Shown here: positions 52,554-60,639 of the stretch, piece after piece
Numbering within the stretch: the stretch's first letter is position 1
Layout: the number at the start of each line of letters is the position of its first letter
Origin: a virus
Strand: one strand, 5' to 3'
DNA: 64,000 bases
Virus record (IMG/VR): IMGVR_UViG_2799112719_000001
Position numbers and translations under genes: made by a program
Notes under the pieces: model-generated
What the model was told of the DNA's origin: nothing
What the model saw: only the letters and a program-made list of their open reading frames with translations
The model's database searches: none

Positions 52554-53044
52554 TGGCAAACAGAACACAGCAGAATCCAGTAGTCAGCTCCGATGAGTGG
52601 TACACCCCTCGTTGGGTTGTGGACGAACTCGGCCCGTTTGACCTTGATCCATGTGCGCCTATGCAACCTCCATACGAGATTGCGCCGTTGTCGTTCAATA
52701 AGGAGCAGGATGGATTGAGTCAGACGTGGCCGGACGCTGCTGTTGTGTTTATGAATCCACCTTATAGCCGTCCGCTGCTGCGTCCGTTTGTTGAGAAGCT
52801 GGCAGAGCATGGCAATGGTATCGCATTGCTGAAGAATCAGGTGGATAATCTGCTGTTCCAGGAAGTCGTTTTTGCTCGTGCCACCTCGATGCTCTTCATG
52901 CGTCATCGCATCAAGTTCATTACACCTGATGGCACCACCGGCTCCCCGTTCTTTGGCTCGGTGCTTGTGGCTTTTGGCCATGAATGTGACCGCCGCTTGC
53001 GCCGATCTTCCATCCCAGGAAAGTATGTTGTATTAAATATGTAA
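52553..53044 (+). CDS. Phage Dam-family N6-adenine DNA methyltransferase
   Basis: SDEWYTPRWVV, DLDPCAP, DGLSQTW, VFMNPPYS and HRIKF. Start overlaps the previous stop (TAATG). Confidence 0.8.
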   Translation: MANRTQQNPVVSSDEWYTPRWVVDELGPFDLDPCAPMQPPYEIAPLSFNKEQDGLSQTWPDAAVVFMNPPYSRPLLRPFVEKLAEHGNGIALLKNQVDNLLFQEVVFARATSMLFMRHRIKFITPDGTTGSPFFGSVLVAFGHECDRRLRRSSIPGKYVVLNM

Positions 53045-53069
53045 TTGTATTAACAAAATTGTTTTAATT

Positions 53070-53468
53070 ATGGAAGCATTTGATTTTATCAAAAAAGAGT
53101 TGCCAGACGTATTACTGGCTAAATTGGATTTTGACGTAGTTCTTTCAAAGCGTCAAGTGGTCGAGAAAATCTCGGCATTGGAGCCTACTTTTGGAGGCAT
53201 GGCCGTCCATTACGAAAACCATGGGCGTAGAGTAGAAATTATTTGGAGCAAGGCACTCCAGGAGAAATGGGCCGACCGTCTGAATGCCGGTCAAAAGGTG
53301 CGCTACATTCAAAAGAATAGCAAAGGACAGGTTATGAAACCCCAATGCCGTGATGGTGTTCTTTCTGAGTCTGGTGTCTTCTGGGTTGGCACAGATCGTT
53401 GTGTGTATGCTGATTTTGGCGAAGGCTCTGAAGCCTACGACATTACTCATATAGAACCAGCTGAATAG
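53070..53468 (+). CDS. hypothetical protein
   Basis: 132-aa ORF. Confidence 0.5.
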   Translation: MEAFDFIKKELPDVLLAKLDFDVVLSKRQVVEKISALEPTFGGMAVHYENHGRRVEIIWSKALQEKWADRLNAGQKVRYIQKNSKGQVMKPQCRDGVLSESGVFWVGTDRCVYADFGEGSEAYDITHIEPAE

Positions 53469-53470
53469 TT

Positions 53471-53794
53471 ATGCCCTACGGAGTCTGTAAAGTTTGTGGA
53501 TGCACAGACAATGATCCGTGTCACAATCCGTCGCACGGTAATTGCTGGTGGGTGGATGATTCCCATGAGCTGTGTAGCCATTGTGCTGATAAGACGATTG
53601 CGGATGATCCTGCAACTCAGCATTGCATCAACAGCAAGGGCTTTGACCCCTACCCTGGTATTGATCGTAAAGACCTTGCATCCCTCGGCTGTCCTTTTCC
53701 TGATGATACTGGAGATATGTGTAGTGAATGCTCTCACATGAGTTTTTCCAGCGTGTTTACAGGAGAATGTGATTTAGGTATAAAAATTAGATAA
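53471..53794 (+). CDS. Cys/His-rich small protein
   Basis: GVCKVCGCTDNDPCHNPSHGNCWWVDDSHELCSHC. Confidence 0.5.
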   Translation: MPYGVCKVCGCTDNDPCHNPSHGNCWWVDDSHELCSHCADKTIADDPATQHCINSKGFDPYPGIDRKDLASLGCPFPDDTGDMCSECSHMSFSSVFTGECDLGIKIR

Positions 53795-53811
53795 TTAAAG
53801 AATATCAGGTA

Positions 53812-54627
53812 ATGAATAGATATATTTGTCGTGCAAAGGCCGTTGAAGATGGCCGTTGGGTGGTAGGTGAGCCGCATATCATGTCCTTACAACCGCACAT
53901 CCATATTTCACCTTTGGAGTCTGTCAGGATAGATCCTAATACGCTTGGAAGGTTTACAGAATGGCGTGATAAGAACGGTAAGCCTATCTTTGAGGGTGAT
54001 ATCCTGTCACTAATACTTCCTGATGGTAGTGGCCGTTTGTTTATCGTAGAATGGCAACGTCAGATTAGACATTTGGAGTCTTTGAAAGACTTTGAGCCAG
54101 ACGGTAATCCCGTAGAGATTAGCGGATGGTGTTTCACCTGGGGTAAGCATCGACTATTGCCATCGTATATCGGCGAGGTGCCCGACTATAAGCGTATGGA
54201 GATCGTCGGCAATATCCATGATAACAGTGACATGCTGACTGATGAAAACGAGGCTAAGATTACTGGTCAGCGTGAACTCATCGGTAATACTTGCTGTCTC
54301 TCAAACAAACCTGGTGTGCAGGTCTTCATGTATGACCTGAAGGATGACAATGGCAGTTGGTTGGCCCGTTGTTTCCTCACTTCTGATGGTGTCTATATGT
54401 CCTACTCTGAATGGGGTAATTTCTTCCACTACTTTATGGCTCCTGGTAAGGATGGTATTCGTAAGTTTATGCTTGGTATTAGCGACGGCTACTTTGCCAA
54501 CAAGCTCTGTGAAGTGGAATGGAATACGGCACCGACAAAGGTAGCTGCTGCTGCCAAGCGTCATGCAAAGTATGTCCTGCCGGTACTCCAGCAGGCTATT
54601 CGTGAACAGTTGGAACAGGAAGGGTGA
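53812..54627 (+). CDS. YopX-like N-terminal domain protein
   Basis: The segments FTEWRDKNGKPIFEGDIL and MEIVGNIHDNSDML match the YopX pattern. Confidence 0.5.
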   Translation: MNRYICRAKAVEDGRWVVGEPHIMSLQPHIHISPLESVRIDPNTLGRFTEWRDKNGKPIFEGDILSLILPDGSGRLFIVEWQRQIRHLESLKDFEPDGNPVEISGWCFTWGKHRLLPSYIGEVPDYKRMEIVGNIHDNSDMLTDENEAKITGQRELIGNTCCLSNKPGVQVFMYDLKDDNGSWLARCFLTSDGVYMSYSEWGNFFHYFMAPGKDGIRKFMLGISDGYFANKLCEVEWNTAPTKVAAAAKRHAKYVLPVLQQAIREQLEQEG

Positions 54628-54631
54628 CTAT

Positions 54632-54907
54632 ATGGTAGAAGAATCTCTTTGGGGTGTGTCGCTCTCAATGGCAGCAAAAGAGTTGCCGATGACTGAGAGT
54701 GTTCTGGCACAGACGATACAGAGTATGCGGATCTGTCAGCAGAAGTATAAGGAGGATGAGCCTGAGTTCGACCGTCTGAATCATTTGATAACAATGGTTG
54801 GTGGTATCTCCTATATGATGCAGGGAGTTGAAGCAGCTTTGAATGCTATGGTGATTGATATGCTGAAAGAGTATAAACAGATGAAAGAGAAAGTATCTCA
54901 CGAATGA
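54632..54907 (+). CDS. hypothetical protein
   Basis: ATG at MVEESLW lies just after the previous stop. Confidence 0.45.
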   Translation: MVEESLWGVSLSMAAKELPMTESVLAQTIQSMRICQQKYKEDEPEFDRLNHLITMVGGISYMMQGVEAALNAMVIDMLKEYKQMKEKVSHE

Positions 54908-55164
54908 TGGATCAACTGGTTTATATAGTAGTAGTTTACGGCTATCTGTTGCCGACAATCATTTTGTTTGTCGATTTCCTTTGGCATGTCTGCTGTAAGG
55001 TGAAAAAGGGCGAGAGATTTTATAGTGGTTATATGAAGAAACAGATGATGATGTTTGTTCCCTGTTTCAACTACTTCTGGGCGTTATTTACTCTCCTTGA
55101 TTGGCTTGATGCCATTGGTCGTTTCTTACAAAAATATCTTCCAGGACTAAAAAATATAAACTGA
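54904..55164 (+). CDS. Small membrane protein
   Basis: ATGA overlap; two hydrophobic segments. Confidence 0.45.
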   Translation: MMDQLVYIVVVYGYLLPTIILFVDFLWHVCCKVKKGERFYSGYMKKQMMMFVPCFNYFWALFTLLDWLDAIGRFLQKYLPGLKNIN

Positions 55165-55173
55165 ATTTTAATT

Positions 55174-55731
55174 ATGTCTGAGACTAAAAAACATTATCGT
55201 GTCTATATGGCCCTGGACCTCGTGACAGAGGATGAGGGCAGGACATTGGCCATGGTGAATGTTATGCGTATGTCGAATGAACCGGCACCATTGCCTATGA
55301 TGACACAGTTCATGGGTGGCATGTCAAACCTGGCTCCAAAGGTGATGGTGGTGCAGCAGCCTACGCATGGCAAAACAAACCAGCGTACAGGTGTTGATCC
55401 TGACCTTGATTGTGATGACTTTGAACGTGGAGAGCCTGAAGGCTATTGTGATGGTATGGGACATTACCATTGTGATGAATGTAAGTGGCGTAGTCAGGAG
55501 TCGATTAACCAAAAGCACGAGGACTTCATGCGTCATCAGAACCATAAAAAGGAATGGCCGAAGATTAAAGCCATTGTTATTGATTCTGGCGAAGAGGTAA
55601 TGGTCGATGACCATGCTATTGATTTCTTTGGAACCAGTTATTATAACATGTGGCATAATACAGCAAATGGTATGACATACCATGACGATGACCTGGAATT
55701 TATCGACGAAAGACTGCAAAAAACAACATGA
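55174..55731 (+). CDS. hypothetical protein
   Basis: 185-aa ORF. Confidence 0.5.
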   Translation: MSETKKHYRVYMALDLVTEDEGRTLAMVNVMRMSNEPAPLPMMTQFMGGMSNLAPKVMVVQQPTHGKTNQRTGVDPDLDCDDFERGEPEGYCDGMGHYHCDECKWRSQESINQKHEDFMRHQNHKKEWPKIKAIVIDSGEEVMVDDHAIDFFGTSYYNMWHNTANGMTYHDDDLEFIDERLQKTT

Positions 55732-55966
55732 CTATGAATCAGTATAATGTATCGGGGGGGTAAAATCGCCCTTCAGAGGGAATGGACTAAGCCGTACTGC
55801 TATGCTCTTTAAGATAGCAACATTGGCAGGTCATAAGTTGACTGTTCCCGAAATGAATAAGTTTAAGAATGTCAATCCTCGGAGTCTTGAACGTGTGTAT
55901 AACGAAGTGATCCGCATGGGTGATTCTGGTAATGCCATGTTTGCCCTACGATTGATACTGAAATAA
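55728..55966 (+). CDS. Small ORF interrupted at a G7 tract (in frame at G8)
   Basis: ATGA-coupled start. MTMNQYNVSGG then VKSPFRGNGLSRTAMLFKIATLAGHKLTVPEMNKFKNVNPRSLERVYNEVIRMGDSGNAMFALRLILK* fills an otherwise empty 240-nt gap. Confidence 0.45.
55754..55760 (+). repeat. G7 tract
   Basis: Counted directly in the sequence. Confidence 0.9.
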
Positions 55967-55974
55967 AAAATGAA

Positions 55975-56601
55975 ATGAAACGTAAACGTATATATATTTC
56001 TGGTCCTATCACTGGCACAACGGATTATAAAGAGCGTTTTGCTGCCGCTGCTGACTTTCTCCGTAAAGGTGGTTATAAACCCGTGAATCCTACGACGATG
56101 TTCGGATGGTTCCAGTTTATCTTTGAGAAGTGTCCCTATCGGCTTCAGGTGCTCATTGACTGTCTCGTGCTTTCTACTTGTAAGGGAATTTACTTGATGA
56201 ATAATTGGCGGTCATCGGCTGGGGCAACGCTTGAAAAAGCTGTGGCAGATTTTTTAATGCTGGAATTGAATACACAGACTTCTGTAAGATACCCAGGTTT
56301 ACAATCTCCAGTTTCCGTTTCTCCTTCTGAGGTTTTTAAGGGTGAGACTCTTCATGTTTTTATTGATGACTTCAGAATTTGGATGGGGATGGATGACGCA
56401 TGGCATTTGCGCATAAATATGTGTGCGCATGAGGTGCGAGAAAACAATCCTGTTACTTTCGTTGTCCGTTGTGATGATTATCCTTATATTACTGATATGT
56501 TGAAGCAAATAGCAAAGAAGCATGAGGGTGAAGGTTTCCTTCCATTTCGTGCAGAGATACGATACACTGGCTCTGATTATTACTTCTATACTGAAATATG
56601 A
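55975..56601 (+). CDS. DUF4406 / nucleoside 2-deoxyribosyltransferase-like N-domain protein
   Basis: RIYISGPITGTTDYKERFAAAADFLRKGGYKPVNP. Confidence 0.45.
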   Translation: MKRKRIYISGPITGTTDYKERFAAAADFLRKGGYKPVNPTTMFGWFQFIFEKCPYRLQVLIDCLVLSTCKGIYLMNNWRSSAGATLEKAVADFLMLELNTQTSVRYPGLQSPVSVSPSEVFKGETLHVFIDDFRIWMGMDDAWHLRINMCAHEVRENNPVTFVVRCDDYPYITDMLKQIAKKHEGEGFLPFRAEIRYTGSDYYFYTEI

Positions 56602-56786
56602 CAAAATATAGTAGCAAAGATATTCTTCGGCTTCATAAGAAGTCTGTTGACAAAGCCATCCGTGATATCTATAACATACGGCCTACTGGTGATCCTAACA
56701 AGGATTTCGACGGCTTTCATACTATCATTGAAAAAGATATAGCAGAAAATGAAAATCTCTATCCTGCATCTGGTCCTGAAGTGTAA
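56598..56786 (+). CDS. hypothetical protein
   Basis: 62-aa ORF with an ATGA overlap. Confidence 0.4.
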   Translation: MTKYSSKDILRLHKKSVDKAIRDIYNIRPTGDPNKDFDGFHTIIEKDIAENENLYPASGPEV

Positions 56787-57045
56787 GTGGTACGACATGA
56801 TAGCTGCTGGCATCAAGACAGAAGAGTATCGTGCCATGACTCCATATTGGAAGAAACGCCTCGCAAAACATTATACGCACGTTTGTTTCCATCGGGCCTA
56901 TACATCTACGACTATATATGTAGAACTGAATGGTATCACTGAGGGTTATGGTAAACCTGAATGGGGTGCAAAGAATGAGGTTACACACATTTTGCACCTC
57001 GGTAAGCAGGAATCTTGTATCTGGAAATATATCAATCATCAATAA
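56749..57045 (+). CDS. ASCH-domain-like protein
   Basis: ILHLVLKCKWYDMIAAGIKTEEYR pattern. Confidence 0.5.
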   Translation: MKISILHLVLKCKWYDMIAAGIKTEEYRAMTPYWKKRLAKHYTHVCFHRAYTSTTIYVELNGITEGYGKPEWGAKNEVTHILHLGKQESCIWKYINHQ

Positions 57046-57058
57046 AAAGAAAAAAACT

Positions 57059-57958
57059 ATGGCAAAATTTCAAGATGTAATCGAATGTCTGAAAAAGGGT
57101 GGTTCTGCCCGTCGTATTTCGTGGACTGATAACTGCGAAATCATCCGTCAAATTCCGCAGTGTATCTCAAAGGACATCGTGCCTAAGATGACCTCATTGC
57201 CTGCAAGTATCAAACCAAAAATCAGCACTGTTGGCTCTGGTGAAATCTCATACCATGACCAGGTAATCGTCATTACATTTGTCGATGATGAAAAGACTCC
57301 TGCCAGTGCCACATACTTCATCCCCACATGGGAAGATATCTTTGCTGAAGACTGGTCCTGTCTGACACCTGCCGATGAGCCTGAAACGGAAGAAAAAACC
57401 CCTGTGCTTGAAGCGTCAGCTTCGAGTGAAGACCAGCAGCCGGTCATCGACACCTCTATTCCCGTCACTATGCGCATCAAGACTTACGAGGATGCCTTTA
57501 ATGAGGTAAACATCCGTGCCATGCAGGGTGATAAGGTGGCCGAAAAACTCATTAAGGATTTGCAGTTCAATTCGCCTTACACAGACGATCTGCTGGCATA
57601 CATCAAGCTCCGCATTATCACCTATGCCATCAATGAGGGCTGGGAACCTCAGTTCGTTGTTGATGAGTATCGCTACTGGCCTTGGTTCTGGCTCTATACA
57701 CAGCAGGAGATAGACGCTATGAACGAAGCGGAGCGTTCTAAGCTGCTGCTCGTCGGGGGTGCCGCGGATAGCGGTGCGCTTTGCGGTCTCGCTTTTGCGA
57801 TCTCGAATCGCGCTTTCTCGGGCTCGCACACGTTCATCGGTGCTCGCCTGGCCTTCAAGTCTCGTGAACTTGCAGAGTATGCTGGTCGCCAGTTTATTGA
57901 GCTTTGGGCGGCTTTCTCATTCAAACCTGTTGTGAATGGCCATGGCAAAGGAAAATAA
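57059..57958 (+). CDS. DUF2829 (Tad2-like) N-domain fused to a C-terminal domain
   Basis: The DUF2829-like domain starts MAKFQDVIECLKKGGSARRISW and ends IPTWEDIFAEDW. Confidence 0.5.
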   Translation: MAKFQDVIECLKKGGSARRISWTDNCEIIRQIPQCISKDIVPKMTSLPASIKPKISTVGSGEISYHDQVIVITFVDDEKTPASATYFIPTWEDIFAEDWSCLTPADEPETEEKTPVLEASASSEDQQPVIDTSIPVTMRIKTYEDAFNEVNIRAMQGDKVAEKLIKDLQFNSPYTDDLLAYIKLRIITYAINEGWEPQFVVDEYRYWPWFWLYTQQEIDAMNEAERSKLLLVGGAADSGALCGLAFAISNRAFSGSHTFIGARLAFKSRELAEYAGRQFIELWAAFSFKPVVNGHGKGK

Positions 57959-58202
57959 ACCGTCGCTTGATCCCAAGGGGATGTTGCTCTTGCAAATCAC
58001 TCAGCTGTTTCAGAAAAACAATATCGACCCGAATTTATCGGTGGAGGTGATGGCTGAAATGCTGATGCAGTTGTTTGTCGGAATGCAGGTGCTCACAACG
58101 GAAGACATTAACCCGCAGGTCCAGGCTTTCTTTGACAGAATGAAAGCAAAGGCCGCTGAAGTGTTACCTAAAATAGTTGCTGAGAGAAACAAAGCATCGT
58201 AA
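57936..58202 (+). CDS. hypothetical protein
   Basis: 88-aa ORF. Confidence 0.45.
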   Translation: MAMAKENKPSLDPKGMLLLQITQLFQKNNIDPNLSVEVMAEMLMQLFVGMQVLTTEDINPQVQAFFDRMKAKAAEVLPKIVAERNKAS

Positions 58203-58216
58203 TAAAATTATCTGTT

Positions 58217-59053
58217 ATGTTGAGAAAAGACTATATCAAAAAGAAGGTGGCCCCAAAGGAGGGCATCGGCATGTTCCTGGCAGAGCGTGTACTGAAGACC
58301 TGGCATGAGGACTTCGTGGATCAGGACACCCAGGAAATAGTGAGCATAGAACGTAACGAAGTGCTCTATGACCGTGACAAGAAAGTGGACTCTAAGATGG
58401 CAAAGGACATTGAAGAGTATGGCATCACTGAGATCTGCGTCACCAACACCCCTGGCCGTGCAGAGGAACTAAGAACTTTCTGCCGTCTCGGTCATGTAAA
58501 GGTGACGATGAAGGGTATCACAAAGACGGGTGTGGTCATCTGTCGTGCAGAGTCCATTCGTCAGGCTATGGACCTTGCAGCCGATTATACAGAGGGAGCC
58601 ACCGAGGAAGTGTTTGGCGAGCATTGCAGTAATTTCCATATTACCGATGTGGAGATTCTTAATGACATTACCTTTATCGGACGCACAGCAGCCGACATCA
58701 AGGCAGAACAGGAAGCCTTGGAAAAGGATAAGGATGCACCCGTAAAGATGCCGTTTAAGGTGCTGGCTACCTATGCCCGTGCTGAAGAGTGGATTGAGAA
58801 TACCAGCAACAAGGATGCCTGGGTCAAGAAACGTAAGTTTGTGGCATGGGCACATGATATTAAGGATGCGCGTAACATTGTTACGGCATGGATTAAGAAG
58901 GATGTTGAAACAGAGGTAGGCGAAAACAATCGTGAGACGCTGGTCATCGTGGCCGCTACACCATTCACCGTGCATACCTATCTGCCGGCATCTGTTTGTA
59001 ATGAGTATATCGAACATCCAGAGCTTCGTCTATCTACCGAGGCTGAAGAGTAG
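58217..59053 (+). CDS. hypothetical protein
   Basis: 278-aa ORF. Confidence 0.5.
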   Translation: MLRKDYIKKKVAPKEGIGMFLAERVLKTWHEDFVDQDTQEIVSIERNEVLYDRDKKVDSKMAKDIEEYGITEICVTNTPGRAEELRTFCRLGHVKVTMKGITKTGVVICRAESIRQAMDLAADYTEGATEEVFGEHCSNFHITDVEILNDITFIGRTAADIKAEQEALEKDKDAPVKMPFKVLATYARAEEWIENTSNKDAWVKKRKFVAWAHDIKDARNIVTAWIKKDVETEVGENNRETLVIVAATPFTVHTYLPASVCNEYIEHPELRLSTEAEE

Positions 59054-59065
59054 TATCTTTGCACT

Positions 59066-59803
59066 ATGGCTAACATCTATTTACGCACGTCACGTTATGT
59101 CGCCGCATTTATGCGGGCTACTGGTGATGGAAACTCGTTACCAATGACAACACCCATTGAGTTTTCACCATATACTCCTGAGTATGTGGTGTTGACCAAT
59201 GGGCTGCGTATCATACCTGAGAAACAACAGCATCGTGCATCGTGCTACTCACAGTCAGCATGGCAGAACATGCTCCGTGGCCGTCTGCCGAATGGTGGTA
59301 AACCGATCATTGTCCGTGACCCATCGGAGTATCTGACCTATGCCGAGGTGTGTACGCTGGAGGCTTTGACCAACAAAACGAAGACAGATGCCTACGAGTT
59401 CCTATGTATTGCTACTCCGCGAGAGATCTGCATCGACGGCCATGTGCAGCGCGTCTATAAGTCGCATACGCTCGATACCAGGGCCGCACAGCAGCTTCGG
59501 GAACTGTTGCGAAATACATTCATTCGTACTTTCCTCGATTTCTCTACCCGCAACAAAGTGTTTGCACAGTCTAACGGTATTCACCGTTCAAACATTGAGG
59601 TGCTGGAGCGTTTTCTCATGGCATACGATATTCCCGTGTCGCATGATAAGAATGAGCGTAGTACCCTGCGCCGACTCATACAACGATGGAAAAAGGAGGC
59701 TGAATATATGGCAAAGTCACCGGCCATTATCAATGATGAGCTGGTGACGCGCATCGACAAACACGAAATATACGGTGGACTACCCAAATATGATGATGAT
59801 TAA
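59066..59803 (+). CDS. hypothetical protein
   Basis: 245-aa ORF. Confidence 0.5.
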   Translation: MANIYLRTSRYVAAFMRATGDGNSLPMTTPIEFSPYTPEYVVLTNGLRIIPEKQQHRASCYSQSAWQNMLRGRLPNGGKPIIVRDPSEYLTYAEVCTLEALTNKTKTDAYEFLCIATPREICIDGHVQRVYKSHTLDTRAAQQLRELLRNTFIRTFLDFSTRNKVFAQSNGIHRSNIEVLERFLMAYDIPVSHDKNERSTLRRLIQRWKKEAEYMAKSPAIINDELVTRIDKHEIYGGLPKYDDD

Positions 59804-59991
59804 CGATGATAATTAACAATGAAAGGAAAGTATATAAAAAGTAGAAATCACTTGTTAAAATATGATAAATAATGAGGTATTTTCGCGTTTTTTATGGTCA
59901 CAGCGTGTCCGCGTCTATTTCGTCACTTTCGCCAGTCCAGTGTGCTGTCATTATATGACAGCCCCTATAAATCAATAAAACCCAAAGAGAT

Positions 59992-60483
59992 ATGAATAAT
60001 CAAGAATGCAAAGAATTGATGCTCGATGCCATTGTCCGCGTCGATGTCTATCTGGCGAGTCAGTGTAACATCACACTGCCGCCATCTGTTTCGTTGGCCA
60101 GTTTGAACATGACGGTTTCTACTTTCGGTACAGCTGCTTTTTCTGCTGCACTGTCTGACAGTGCGGTTGTGATGTTGAAAGAAGAGCCGTCGTTAAAGGT
60201 GAAAAATGGCCGTCAGGCCGCTGGAAACGTCTATACACATGAGCTGCAAGTGCCTGTGTTAGTGGAGCGTGATAGAGCAGAAGCCCTGGTGCAGACGCTT
60301 TTAGGTCAGGACTTCCATGTGGTCTATACTCGTGCTGATGGCTCAAAGGATTTTTCTTTCTCCCTCCCTGGTGCTGCCACCTGCGACATAGAGGAAAGCC
60401 ATTCTACTGCGACTTCGACAACGCTAAAATTCAAAATCCTGTCTTCGAGCCAAACTATCAAGCTCATTCCTCCTTCTGCTTAA
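59992..60483 (+). CDS. hypothetical (possibly virion-associated) protein
   Basis: 163-aa ORF followed by a strong terminator. Confidence 0.45.
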   Translation: MNNQECKELMLDAIVRVDVYLASQCNITLPPSVSLASLNMTVSTFGTAAFSAALSDSAVVMLKEEPSLKVKNGRQAAGNVYTHELQVPVLVERDRAEALVQTLLGQDFHVVYTRADGSKDFSFSLPGAATCDIEESHSTATSTTLKFKILSSSQTIKLIPPSA

Positions 60484-60516
60484 TATATATAATAAGGTAT
60501 AGCCCTATCTCTTATG

Positions 60517-60544
60517 CCCGCTGGTTTCCCCAGCGGGTTTTTTG
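60517..60544 (+). terminator. Rho-independent terminator
   Basis: CCCGCTGG-tttcc-CCAGCGGG followed by TTTTTTG. Confidence 0.75.
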
Positions 60545-60605
60545 TTTCCCCGAAATCGCGTTTTACAGCGAGAAATAGCGTCCATTCCCTATCCTCTGTG
60601 TTATC

Positions 60606-60613
60606 TACCTTTG
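60606..60613 (+). promoter_or_regulatory. -7 box TACCTTTG for the head module
   Basis: Consensus match 27 nt upstream of ATG 60640. Confidence 0.45.
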
Positions 60614-60639
60614 CGAGTAGAATAAAATTCGCAAAAGAT

